Source: Tubiluchus corallicola
Lineage: Eukaryota > Animalia > Priapulida
DNA: 64,000 nucleotides
Direction of reading: 5' to 3'
Assembly: GCA_030141605.1 (NCBI GenBank)
Contig: JAQGDQ010000013.1
Coordinates: forward strand, 1 to 64,000
Shown here: one piece after another, positions 1-12,041 of the stretch
Numbering within the stretch: the stretch's first letter is position 1
Layout: each line of letters begins with the position of its first letter
Notes under the pieces: model-generated
Seen by the model: the letters and a program-made list of their open reading frames with translations, nothing else
What the model was told of the DNA's origin: nothing
Database searches by the model: none
Translations under genes and position numbers: made by a program

Positions 1-820
1 ACAAGACTAATTTATATTACATTATATTTAAAAAAATTGATTTACAATTTATAATAAAACACCAAGGTTTTTGAGACGTTAAAACTTCTGCATTTTAAAT
101 ATAAAAATAATATTGAGAAACATTTTACTCTATACATAAAATCAATCAAATTTACAATACATAAAATTATCCACAATCTGTAATACAATCTGTATTATTA
201 AATTACAACATAATTTAAAATTATTTTAACTCACTTTTCATAAACTGCATGAAATATACTTTTTGATATTACTTAAGTAGGAATATTTCCTTTTAAAGCA
301 AATTCAGGCATAACTGAAATTATATAAGAAAGGAAAAGCATCTGATAAAAAAGCACCACACTATCACTTAAAAATACTTTTATGCGTTCTGTTTAAACAA
401 TTGCAGCTGTAGCTCTAACTATTACTGTCAATGCAAACATTTATTGATGAATTCTGAGGACCAGTGAATAATGCTTGAACAAATTTCCACATGCTAAGAC
501 ATTAAAGAAAGACAACCTAACTCAGCTCAGAGGCTCTCTTTACAGAAAACGAGTTTTTTCGTATCACAATTTTGTTTTAGTTTTACAAAACTTTTGTGCT
601 AACCTTTTAAAGGTGTGTAACAACTTAGCAAATTCGATAACTATTTATTCATTGCGATGACACTTCAGTGCCAAATTCTAATGTTAGCAGAATGCAGGCT
701 GCATTGTTTTCCCTATGGTCCTGGACAAGAAACAACTAGCAAGAACTATTGGCAGAAGTATTGGCAGAACTGTTGTTAACACAAAGATCACTATTGCCTA
801 CATTGAAATCTAAATGTCTT

Positions 821-2230
821 TCAGTTTTGTTTTTCTATGCACCTGCTCTGCTTGACCCACCAATCTTGTATATCATAAGCCTTGGGACTTTCCTTTGGAT
901 TGTGCAGTTTTTCGCATAAGAGGCAAAAACTCTCTCGAGGAGCACGCTTTATGGCGTAGTTCTGTTTCCATGCAAAATATTCAGAGTATGCTGTGTCGTT
1001 CTTATTCAAATACAATAGGTAATCAGCTAGATGTTTGGGAGTCTCAAAATCTGCAGTGTTGATGACAGAGTGTGGTGGAGTTACATGGTCGTAGTTTGCA
1101 CTTCCTCTAACAACAGGTATGACGTTGCTATGCATTAGCATGAAGTACACCTTCTCTGTGATGTAATCACGACAGAACGAGTTTTCAAATGACAAGTAAA
1201 ATTTGTAATCCCTCTTCAGCATATCGTCGCATTTCTGTGTACCGATGCAGGTTAAATTACCGCATTTACCATAGATATGAACAGGTACATGTTTCTGTAA
1301 TTCTTTTGCATATTCCAGGCGATCGGAATAAGCATTGCAGTTGCTGACAAACCAAGCGACTAGCTTTGTCTTGCCTTCAGCATAATTCACAATGCTTTGC
1401 TCTTCAGGCTTTGGAAGCTTGTAAACAATACCGTGCAGTCTGGGAATATCAGAATCACGGCGATATGTCATGGTCCAATTAAAGACATTGTTAAGGTGGG
1501 ATAAATCAGGATTTCTCCCATGTGTAGGGTTCATTTTGATAGGAGGTTCCCAGACAAAAAACACCCATCGCTGGCCTGGTGGTCGGGTACTTGGAAAAGG
1601 ATCAGTGGGGTTGGTAGATAAATTTCGTACATGCACGACTACGGCATCGCTTTCACTCAGACGAGATTTGTCATTTGTGGTCTCACAATTTTGCCCCTTT
1701 GCCCAACATCCTTCAAATGGTTTGCTTCCTTCCCCAAAATTAAAATAATCGTCCATATATCTGTTCCACAACAAAATCAGTCTTTGCTTCTTGTCACTCT
1801 TTTTCTGAGTAAATTTTTCTTTACTATTAAGTTTTTCATCACTAAATTTTTTTGTCACATTAATCACATCATTATTTAGCAATTCATCAGCTGTATCATT
1901 TAAATGAGGAGCTATATCTGAAGGACTTATAACACGTTTTTCTATATCAATCTTTGTCCTATCCACCACAAATTTATTATCACTAACACTGCTTAAATGT
2001 GATATTTCGTATCCATAATGGTCTAGCACATTTCCAGTTTGATAATTTGTTGCGAGTACAAAACCAATGTGGCTAAACTTAGAAGTTTCTCTTGGATTTA
2101 TCCTGCTTGAGAAATATAACCAAATCCATGCCAGAATAAGCATCAAAATAACCCAGAAGGCCAACAACGTTGTCCTTTTTCTACACATACTGACACAATA
2201 CACATAAACTACTTTTTTGAAATGTTTCAT
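821..2230 (-). CDS. alpha-1,3-fucosyltransferase (GT10 family), type II Golgi membrane protein, intronless CDS
   Basis: The ORF has an N-terminal TM segment (LLAFWVILMLILAWIWLYF), a stem, and GT10 motifs FNWTMTYRRDSDI, AWFVSNC and YKFYLSFENSFCRDYITEKV. The track start at 2269 is a GTG. The first ATG is 2230; the ATG at 2188 (agtATG, MCRKRTT) has better context and gives a typical short cytosolic tail. Minus-strand AATAAA at 440-445 and 644-649. Confidence 0.95.
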   Translation of the reverse strand: MKHFKKVVYVYCVSMCRKRTTLLAFWVILMLILAWIWLYFSSRINPRETSKFSHIGFVLATNYQTGNVLDHYGYEISHLSSVSDNKFVVDRTKIDIEKRVISPSDIAPHLNDTADELLNNDVINVTKKFSDEKLNSKEKFTQKKSDKKQRLILLWNRYMDDYFNFGEGSKPFEGCWAKGQNCETTNDKSRLSESDAVVVHVRNLSTNPTDPFPSTRPPGQRWVFFVWEPPIKMNPTHGRNPDLSHLNNVFNWTMTYRRDSDIPRLHGIVYKLPKPEEQSIVNYAEGKTKLVAWFVSNCNAYSDRLEYAKELQKHVPVHIYGKCGNLTCIGTQKCDDMLKRDYKFYLSFENSFCRDYITEKVYFMLMHSNVIPVVRGSANYDHVTPPHSVINTADFETPKHLADYLLYLNKNDTAYSEYFAWKQNYAIKRAPRESFCLLCEKLHNPKESPKAYDIQDWWVKQSRCIEKQN

Positions 2231-3832
2231 CAGTAGTGCAATTAATGTTTTGTTTGCAAGCACCTCCACAGCATTTTCACTAATGGCTACACAATGACTA
2301 CAGCACGTTCACTAAGGCTAGTTAACTAGTGACTGACAAGGACAGGTATGCTGCAGAGTGTTGTTGCCCTCACAGAATAAAGTTGTTACGGTCTAGTAAT
2401 TTAGCAATAATAGCAGCCTGTCCTTCATATGCAACACTGCATCTACTGTGGCTCTCAGACAGTATTATTTAAGTGATACAACATAAAATATAAGCTTCTT
2501 CAACATCCATCACTTTAGAAAAGAAATAACAATTTAGACTATTTAAGAGTATACTGTCTTGTAAAGCCTTGCAGTGCATTATATTTCCCCATATTACATT
2601 ACGCATACATAATACACTACGTTACAGCCCTAAAACACAAGCATAGAAATTAGGTTAATTGAAAAACAAAAAAGATGCCTGCAAGTGTAAAGGGAAATTA
2701 TAATAGCATCATTGTTTCATGAAAATCCTTTTGAAAAATAAAAATAATAATTATTAATCAAAATACTAATAATTGCTATCCTACACAGTTAACCAGTTAT
2801 ACAATAGTATAACCAAAATTAATTAAAACCAAAACTAAGATCAATTAAAAATAAATTTACTTTCTAACCATATTTTTTCAAAGAAATAAAAAAACAGATG
2901 ACGTGAATTTTATGAAAAACATATGATTGACTAAATGTTACAGCAAACTACATGCATAATGTCATCATATCAGTATATTTTGACAAATGAGTTAAAATGT
3001 GTACTCTCTAGATTATAAGACAAGCCGCCAATTTTTTGCTTAAATTTCACATAATTGTGAAATAGTTGTGAATCTACACACTGATACGAACCAATTTTTT
3101 TGGGGCAATTATACAATTACAGTGTTACAGTGACAGATCCCATAAAGAAATGTTGCACATTACAGGGATTAAACTGAAATTATTAAATCACAATGCATGA
3201 ATATGTTATGCGATGTTTGTTTACTGCTCTCAGTATACTTTTAGGAATGGTAATAGGTTAATAGAGTCTACCTACTTAATAAACAGCTACAGCAAATATG
3301 ACAAAGAAAAACAGTTAACACTGTAACAACAACCTAGTGGTATATGAGCCACATGTTATTTCTTAGCTTTAAAGGCACTCAAATAGAACCCATAAAACCA
3401 TAAAAGATGTTAAGAAGAAATTTTGATAAAAAATTAGGTAGTCTGATTAGGCTGAAAAAATATCGACTGTGGCAACTTGGACAACATGAACCTCTCGAAA
3501 TGTCATCCAGAGAAAGACACATGCACAAATGTTAACAATATTATGAGAAATGCTTTAATTGCAACTAATGCTCACAATATATATTTAACAAGATAACTTC
3601 AAACATAATCAAACTAAAGGGAAACAAGTCAATAATGATTCTTTATCCTTTTTAAAAAAATATATTATTACAAATAAAATATTTGTTCAGCAATATTTCA
3701 TTCATTCATAGAATCTAATTTGTTAGCTTGGAAAATGCATGTGGCCTTATGGCTGCAGGTTCTTCACACCGATATTAGATTGTTCCCATGTTTTTGAAAA
3801 TGGCTAGTCTTATAAACCAAAAAGTGCAGTAC

Positions 3833-3951
3833 CTGCTATGAAGTTTAAGGCATCTTGTGGAACTTTTATTGTCAACTCTCCATTTCCCAAGTCAGCATCA
3901 ACAGAGTTGACAGCATTTCGGTGACAAGTTGAGAAGAATTCCAAACTTCTC
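3833..3951 (-). other. probable 5'UTR exon of the fucosyltransferase
   Basis: Minus strand: acceptor tctgtacctctcAG, 119 nt, donor CAG|gtactg. A candidate acceptor for the terminal exon (ttatttcttttctaaAG) opens at 2512. Confidence 0.5.
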
Positions 3952-5064
3952 CTGAGAGGTACAGACAAGTGCTCATTAATTTGATAACAAGAATACTGAT
4001 TCTCTCCAATTAAAAATTGCATTTTTTGTTCCACATACATGAACACATAGAAATGCAGTACATCAAATACAGCAGAAAACAATTACAGCAAACCTGCTGA
4101 GGTACTCTATAAGAGTACATGGCTAACCATATGCATTGAGTAAGGACAAACACATATCAACAATAAAAGTGCATAAATAATGTACAGTGTGTGACTTCAT
4201 AGAGGGTGTGAAGACAGTGAAGCGCTTCAGTCAGCCAATTTTCTGTTTGTCCTTTCTATAAAAAGTTTTTGTAGTAGGAGCAGGACTCATCACTCCTTGA
4301 AACATTTCAGCAGTGCGCTGCCTGAGTATGTACGTAAAACAGCTGCGTGCCAAGCCACTGAGTGACTCATTGCTTTTATAGAGTAGTAGACAAGATGACA
4401 TTTCGGCAGGTCACATCAGCATCTTTGCATGCTGCATGCCCAACAACTTTGTCGCTGTACCAGGAATGTTGGGTTAAGTTTAACAGTAAATTAGTTTGCA
4501 AACGATTGGGAAAGGTAAAGTACACAGTAAAAACTTATAAACACACAGTAATGCAGACAATGGAGCCGGACAAAAAGTCCGCAATATGCAATAACAGAGT
4601 ACGCTGTATTCAAAGCTATTATACTAGTTAAGTTAAGGCTGAAAGTTTGTTCTTTTTTGCAAGTTTGTATTACCCGTGTATACGCAATAAATCATGTTCA
4701 CTATAAAGACGTTATACTGTACCACACTGAAACAGTAAAAAATTGAGATGAATGGTGGAGAAACAATGGCAATCTGATTGAAATGGAAGTGGTTAAGTGT
4801 GATTTCTAACTTTCATAGAAGCAGTACACGTCACTTTTTACGTTTCAATGAAACAAATTAGTTTGTAAGACATGAGATAAAAAATAAATTAAAGCGGACA
4901 CATTTAGTTCTACCAAAATGACTCAGTAAGCTCTTCTGCTCATTCAGCTGGCTTTAATTAAAACTACATGGTCTTGCAGTCAAGTCTCTTACCAAATCAC
5001 TCTGTTCTACAGTCTTCACCTACCTAATGCAGTAGAAAAACGTAACAGTGTTAGGAAGACTTAC

Positions 5065-5145
5065 TGTTCTGTATCTCCTTGACACACATCCAGTGACGGA
5101 TCGCTATACGTGAAAGGACACTCTAATGTATCATTGATGCATATT
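5065..5145 (-). other. probable 5'UTR exon of the fucosyltransferase
   Basis: Minus strand: acceptor gtatttacAG, 81 nt containing upstream ATGs and stops, donor ACA|gtaagt. Confidence 0.45.
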
Positions 5146-6670
5146 CTGTAAATACGTGGAAGCAGTGCTAAGAAAATTAGCTTCAGAACAATTTAAGATG
5201 TTTAAGCCTTGCTTATCGTAATACTGTTGAATACAACACACTCGAGTGTGAATGGACAGTTGGAGCAATTGTTCTAACACAACACATATGTGGCATCATC
5301 AAATGTAAAACATTTCTTGTTTGTAACCATGCGAAAAATTTGGAAAACTTGTGACGGAAGATGCTATTGACAACAAGTCGTAGTGGTTATAGCTAGTAAA
5401 TGTTCTTTATCACTCTCACAAAGATTACAAATTATAACAGTAAGCGGCGAATTGCCTGAAAAAGTAGCAACATACATATTATTTGCCTATGTTTTTTTAC
5501 ACAATTTTGCAACTCTGCAACCATGATCCAGGATCCAGGACTCAAACAGGGCCTACTTATTATGTTTCAAAGTTTGAAGGACCAGCACCTTTAAAATTTT
5601 CGAGAGTAATCTTCTAAGATAACACTCTGAAACGACAGAAATATCTTGGTCCTCATAGCAGATTCACATCTTCCCTCGAAGAGGCAAATAGCCACTAGCA
5701 GTAGATCAGATGAAATGCCCAGAACCAGTTTACAGGCTATGCTAGTCAACCATTTACTGACCAGGCTAGGCATTGGTTAACTTTGATCCCTAAATGCATA
5801 CTAAAATTACTCAGCTATTCATCTCACACAGCTATTTCATTATTATACTATGTCATAATTATACTAGATTTCATCTTTAAATGATATTGCTTGTAAGTAC
5901 AAGCCTATGTTGCAAGATATATTGTAAATTGTGCATATGTGTTAAGAAAAACAATTTGATACTTTCAATCAACATCAGAAAGAATTTTTAAATTAAAAGG
6001 ATATGACATTGTTTGCTGTTGACTTTGATTCTACGCAGATCACTCCTTAAAGGATTAATGCTCAGCTCCACATATCCCTGTTAAAGACAACAAAAATTAT
6101 TAGCAATAGTCTACACTAACAATTAAGTAACAGAAATTCACACTGTAATTAATTCTTGTGTATAATTTTCGAGTCATACCTACACACTATATAAAACTTT
6201 AAACGACAACAAATGATTATTTAAACTAATTAAGGGGCTTAAAGTTATCACTAATGAGGAAAAGCAAAATTCAAACATTTACTTAAAAAGACTACGATCA
6301 AAGTTGTTTTAAGCTGGGCACATTTAGTACTCAGTTCAAGATATTGTGATCAAATCAAAATTTAAAGAGAAAGACAGGGTTTTCAAGCATTTAAAAAATT
6401 TTGTAAAATAAAATTAGTTCAGCTAGCAACACTCTTACATGTTTGAAAGATTCAGGTTAGTAGAAGAAATTTTTAGTAATCTAAATATCTTGTGCTAACA
6501 CACAAAAAGCTGCCATGGTATATCAGCAACTTGGGTCTCTGCATACTACTATTCAAGGAATAATTTGAACAAGGTCAGGTCAAATAGTGACTTCACAATA
6601 TAGATATATCAACACCTATATCAAGTACCCTCAAGCTGTTATTAGACGTTTACAAACTCTGTTGTAAATA

Positions 6671-7814
6671 CAGTAGTCGCCGCTTAATAGACTCAATCGC
6701 TTAACTGACTCAAAAACACCAGGAACGGGCCGCTTCTATTCAAATATACATAAAAACTATCGGTAATTGACTCAAAGACGTTTGCTTAAGGGACTACATA
6801 TTTTCCTTCACGTACATAAAATAAGATTAAGATATTTGTATGTGCCCAAAGAGCCTTTCCTACTATTAAGTTATCTTTACTTAATATGTGCACTATAATA
6901 TATCTAGAAATAATCATCTTTATTACCGTTTTGTTTGTAAGCAGGTATGTTTATACACTAGCGTAGCGATTTTGCTTTGAATCTGTTACCCGCTCGCCCA
7001 TTGCAATTAACCCAGTTACCCAAAGATTTTCTGGAAGCTAAACATTTAATCACTTGCCTAGCAGTTTCCTTTTGATGCTCTAGTTGCAAATCACGCTTTC
7101 AGGCTTAGTAAGTTAATAGTCAAAGATGCAGGTACAGTAATCAGCCAGTATTCCTCGTGACTTACAAGAGTAAACATCATATAGCAAATAAGGGCATGGA
7201 GTTAAGAAGTTTGAAAAATGAAGCATAAGCGTAAAGATCGAACAGTTAAGGAGAAACTGAAAATTTTAGAGCAGTACGATAAACTTCCAAAGATGGGGCA
7301 GAGGTGTGCAGCAGCGCAGTTGAAAATTTCACAAAGTACTCTCGGCAGAATATTGAAAAAACGATCTGAAATTGAGCAGTCAGCAAGCCAAAATGAGAAT
7401 CTAGCATCTAAGAGGCGACGCACAGGAAAAGACTGTGAAGTGGAGTCAGCGTTAAAAGTGTGGTTTACAAACGCAACTTTGTGAGCCAACTTCTTCACGA
7501 GAAAATGAAGCAGCCAACTTTGAAGGAATTTTTGTAATTTTTGCAAATAAACAGACTTGTGTGATTTAGAAGTATACTTTTTAATTTATTGTTAATTCAA
7601 TTATATAAATTAATACTTTAAAATATTTTTTTTTCTAATTTTTAACTGCACAAAGGAATTTAGGCATTACTTCATTTCTAAAATTGAAATGCATAATAGC
7701 CTAATGACTCATTTCTATAGCAGTAATACTACACCCATAGGTTAATCGGTTCAATAAGTTAATTGGGTCAAAACACGTCGGTCCCAAAGTGAGTCTATTA
7801 AGTGGCGACAACTG
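6671..7814 (+). mobile_element. internally deleted Tigger/pogo (Tc1-mariner superfamily) DNA transposon
   Basis: 25-bp TIRs (cagtagtcgccgcttaatagactca / reverse complement of the right end cagttgtcgccacttaatagactca, 2 mismatches). TA on both sides. Internal transposase fragment present. Confidence 0.92.
7218..7537 (+). pseudogene. truncated Tigger-type transposase: CENP-B-like N-terminal HTH joined out of frame to the extreme C-terminus
   Basis: MKHKRKDRTVKEKLKILEQYD...QRCAAAQLKISQSTLGRILKKR...KRRRTGKDCEVESALKVWF is a typical Tigger/CENP-B N-terminus. A shifted frame then reads NFVSQLLHEKMKQPTLKEFL* (stop 7535-7537). The DDE domain is absent. Confidence 0.85.
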
Positions 7815-8511
7815 TAAATTACAAAAGAAAGTTATTTGAACGCAGCTAACTTTTTATCTATCTTTTACAACAAGTAAATACAATAACAAAACTCATGTAA
7901 TTTCTTAAAGAAGATTATTAAACTGGTGGTATCTAGTAGTTAGCGAGGGAGTAAGTTTTTATGTGACGCTGTTTGTAACCTAACCTGAACTCTTGACAGT
8001 TGTATATTGAAACAATACATAGACAACACGAAATTCTAAAATACATGTGCAGGCTTTTATTTTTTTACTTCATAACGGTTAAAAGTAGTGAGAAAAAAAT
8101 TAAAACATCAAGTGCTACAAAGCTGGTTAATCATCTGACTGCAAACGATTCACATTTATTTATCATTGAGCCTTAGAAATTAGTATAATTATAATAAGCT
8201 TATTAAACTTAACATAATAGTTGTTTGAAAAAGCTGAGAATTTGGAAAGCTATTTTTAAGGCAATGAAGCAAACAGTTTTCATTTATCTTAATCAGGAAA
8301 TTACTAGAACTACAACAAGTCTCAACATATAACAAAAATGAATAGTCTTAAGTCTTACTCAGAGAGTACAGTATTATGGAACTGTTATACAAAGCATTAC
8401 ATAATTATGATCACAAAAAATGATGTAAAATTAAAATGAAGTTAACACATCTGTATAAGTATAATGCAATGATTATGGTAGTAAAATATAAGAAATGAAA
8501 AAAACACTTAC

Positions 8512-8556
8512 TATTAAAGACTGCCGTTGGAAGTTGATTCCAGTGATGCATAACAC
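8512..8556 (-). other. probable 5'UTR exon of the fucosyltransferase
   Basis: Minus strand: strong acceptor ttttttttcttatttacgtcccatcAG, 45 nt, donor ATA|gtaagt. Confidence 0.55.
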
Positions 8557-8739
8557 CTGATGGGACGTAAATAAGAAAAAAAATTAATCACCCTTTGATA
8601 AGAAGGCAGCAAAAATAGAAATTTTATATTGCAGGCTTACTGATACTAAAACTCAAAACCTTCAATAAGTAGTCAATATCGTATTTGCTAAACTATGATT
8701 AAGCAAAGATCCTTGGTGCTATGTAGAAATAAAGCTTAC

Positions 8740-9365
8740 ATTCCTGCTATAGACATGGTGAAATAGTGGAAAAAGCAGAATCACCAAAGTCATACTGGTT
8801 AAAAACAGCAGATGGTATACTTGGGAGAAATGCTTGTATGCTTAAGCCTCGTGATCACCAGGTAGAAATGCCAGTAGAAAGTAAATTCCCTGAAGATACT
8901 AAAAGCATTTCAGGGGAAGAGGAATGTGCACAGTTGGATGACATTGCAAATGATGATACTATAAACCCATAGGCATCAGATAAAGCCTTAGAGATCTTTT
9001 TACAAAGATTTATCAGTGCTCACAGGACACGCTCAGGGCGAACAGTAAAGCCTAGGGGTAGGTTAAATATGTAGTTTAATACCTATCAAAAATACAATTT
9101 GGTTAGGTATACAAACCCACAAAACTCCGATTTGTCCAGCTATCTTATTAGCACCTTTTGTTACCACTTACTATTTTTATATACAGAAATGTACTCTTAT
9201 TGGGGTGATAGTAGACGTTGTGTAGTGTACATGGCGTGGCGGTGCGTATTTGATGCTCGGGGAGTTGGAGAAGATTGCTGGCACTCTTGAACGCATTTTA
9301 TTGTATAACGAAGTGACATTAAAATTAATCACTTTTTACATTATGTAGTCTCTAGAACAACTACA
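8740..9365 (+). mobile_element. 3' remnant of a Gypsy-type LTR retrotransposon (pol tail plus candidate 3' LTR)
   Basis: PKSYWLKTADGILGRNACMLKP resembles the post-integrase PRSY..G...RRNRRHL segment. Downstream HRTRSGRTVKPRGRLNM* matches the TRSGRxVKP tail typical of these pol ORFs. A G-rich tract near 9202 precedes TGTAGT...ACTACA (9221..9365). Confidence 0.65.
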
Positions 9366-9599
9366 TAGCATTATTGATTTTACAAATAAGATTTTGAATG
9401 ATGATACTATAGCTGCGTTCAACTGCTTTCTTTTTGGACCTTTTGTTGGCTTCGGGAACATTCTGATCTTGAGTGTTAGAATGTACAGAAACATTTCTTG
9501 TCGTGTAATTAGTTCATGGAATCGTCACCCAAGCAAATGTAATAGCTTTAGAGAACTTAAGTAAATGTAAAAGTGCAATGAAAGTGGCGCGCTCACACG

Positions 9600-10175
9600 C
9601 CAACTTATAGCGTATAGGCTAATGTCACAAAACCATTCAATGATACAACTGCCAGTCGAGTACAATCAAGCTACAGTAATAAACTTATAGTTTATAAGAT
9701 CGCAAGTGGTCATCTGGCTTCCTTGAGCTCTTTGATGTCATTTTACTATATTTCTTTGTAGAAGTCTATTATTCTTATGCAACGCATCATAGGTAAAGTA
9801 AAATATTCATTCGACAGAATAACATTTTCCGCGCTTCTATAGACGCTGACATCTTGCTCTGTCATGAAGTAAAATGTATTCCGTAATATTCGGATTGCAG
9901 TTGCAAATACATAAACCAAATTCATTATAATCTTTTGCGAAACAAGTGATATATTTGTGGTATTATTTTACATCAAATATTTAAAAAAGGAGTTCTGCAA
10001 AAAGCTTCACTTAAATGGGTCAAATATTTTTACGATGTTATAATTTTTATTACAATTGTGTCGTAATATTACCCAAAATGCAATTCTACAGCGATGACCA
10101 CATCATAACAACTGAAAGCTTCTTAACACTTTTTCATTCATTCCGGATTTTATCAGTGTGTGTTAATTAAAATAG
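9600..10175. promoter_or_regulatory. likely shared (bidirectional) promoter region and non-coding first exon of ArfGAP1
   Basis: It lies between the upstream-most minus-strand UTR exon candidate and the ArfGAP1 acceptor at 11395. A plus-strand donor TAG|gtattt sits at 10175/10176. The TSS is not directly visible. Confidence 0.4.
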
Positions 10176-10934
10176 GTATTTGAGTTATTTATGACGAGTT
10201 TTGTAACTAATCTTATTTAGCTAACTAGTCTGAGCCAAAATTTGAGTTCTAATTGAATTGTTTTAAAATTTGTTGCGGACATTTGTGATTGGTAAATATA
10301 GGTTAGCTCTACTGTACTGCTGTTGTACCATCATGTGTAAGGGTTAAGCGAGTAAGTTCATATTTTTCCATAAAGTGGGGTTACTAAAAGTGGGTGCACT
10401 AAAAAAACACAATAGTTTCCCACAAAATATTTGTCGAATAAGGATTTAAACTTTACTATGGTTGGTGCAACACTGCAGTATAATACTTTAAAACTAATTT
10501 ATAATTATAAAATTGCATTGTCACTCCTAAACACTACAGTCATTTTCATTACCATTTTATTATTATATTAGTATAATTACACAACTTTTAGTTTGACAGG
10601 ACTTTTTTTGTTTCTTCCCAGCTTACATCGTGTGTATCCTTTACCTTTACGGTTTTCTCGCCGCCCTTTCTCTAAGCTACTAACAACTTATTTTGTTTAC
10701 ACACTTGATGTTATTACATATAATTGCAAGAAATAAATAAATTTATCTGAAGCTGAATTCTTTATCTTTAATAATTATAATGCTATTATTAATTTGTAAC
10801 TGTATATAAGCTATAACGTGTTATTCTTATTTAAAAGTTTTCTTAATACATGGATCGAATGCTGGAATCTAGAATAGCCAGAATGAAAGTGAATCAAATT
10901 ATTATTCCAAAACAAGTTAATACATATTCTGATT

Positions 10935-11322
10935 CAATGCTGGAGAAGGTCCGTTCATATTTTTTCTCGACTTGGACTTGACTTGGCTAGATTCCAACAC
11001 AAGAAAACAGAAGACTTACAACTCGACTCAGACTCACATGTTAATGAATTATTCATCTGTTTTGACTTAGACTCTAGATTTCAAAAGCATACAAACTTGG
11101 AACGCAACTTGATGCTATTATAAAGAATATAGATATTAAACTGTAAACCTAATTGTGTTTGTGGTATCACTTGACACTCAACATGGACTAATGCATGAAA
11201 GACTGATGTCACAGGGTTATTTAGCACCATGCTTACATAGACTTGGACTCAAATTTGGAATAACCAAATTCAAAACTCATTTTGGACTTGCCTTGAAAGA
11301 CACTACTAAGTCTTCAACACTG
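10935..11322. mobile_element. degenerate hAT-type MITE with internal GACTTG/GACTC repeats
   Basis: 8-bp TSD ttctgatt / ttttgatt (7/8). Termini caatgctggag vs reverse complement cagtgttgaag (8/11). Many gacttggac/gactcagac motifs inside. Confidence 0.65.
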
Positions 11323-11456
11323 TTTTGATTGCATTAAGTTGTGACTATAGGTGACTTTTCAAACCTGCATTAAAAATGTGCAGTTATTTTTGCAGAGTTT
11401 GGAGTTTTGCTGTTGAAGTTTTAAAAGGCATTCCAGCAAGTTTTTTGACGGTAAAC

Positions 11457-11516
11457 ATGGCTAGTCCAAGAACACGTCGGGTCTTGAAAGATCTGAAGCC
11501 AAAGGATGAAAACAGT
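11457..11516 (+). CDS. ArfGAP1: ArfGAP1 coding exon 1 (MASPRTRRVLKDLKPKDENS)
   Basis: Diagnostic MASPRTR N-terminus with aacATGg context. Acceptor tttttgcAG at 11395, donor gtaagt, phase 0. Confidence 0.95.
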
Positions 11517-11931
11517 GTAAGTAAAAATTTAAATAAAAAATTACACGGTGTTACACAATGTAATGATAAGAAGACTTTCAGTAAATGCATTTTGTAAAAT
11601 TCGTCCTAGGCAATGCAGTGCTTAATTTTTGATAAATGATCCTAAAATAAGAAAAATGCTTAGAGAAACAGCTGGTAATAATAAAACACAAATAATTTGT
11701 TACTAGACACAGTAGACTGCTCTTGGCCTATTTAAATAATTGCCAGTAATTATGTAGCAAAATCCATTGCAAAGATGATTACTGCACTGTTTAGAAGTAA
11801 ACTATTTTTTAATAAGTGATAGCTTTTAAAATAAATCACGACTGATTCCTGTGCAGTGTGATTTTTACTGCTTTAGTTGGAACTTTTGTTTTATTTTTGA
11901 AACATTGTTCATTGGTGTTTTTTTATTTTAG

Positions 11932-12041
11932 AATTGCTGTGAGTGTGGTGCATTCAATCCCCAGTGGGCTAGTGTTTCATATGGCATCTGGATATGTTTG
12001 GAATGCTCCGGAAAACACAGGGGCTTGGGAGTACATATAAG
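11932..12041 (+). CDS. ArfGAP1: ArfGAP1 coding exon 2 (zinc finger and catalytic Arg)
   Basis: [37 protein letters not shown] = CxxC-x16-CxxC-x4-R. ttttAG / gtattt, 110 nt. Confidence 0.97.

Noticed and set aside
1470-1879. Plus-strand ORFs overlapping the fucosyltransferase
   Set aside because: Antisense shadows of the real CDS with no recognisable motifs.
7202-7546. 114-aa minus-strand ORF
   Set aside because: Antisense to the Tigger transposase fragment.
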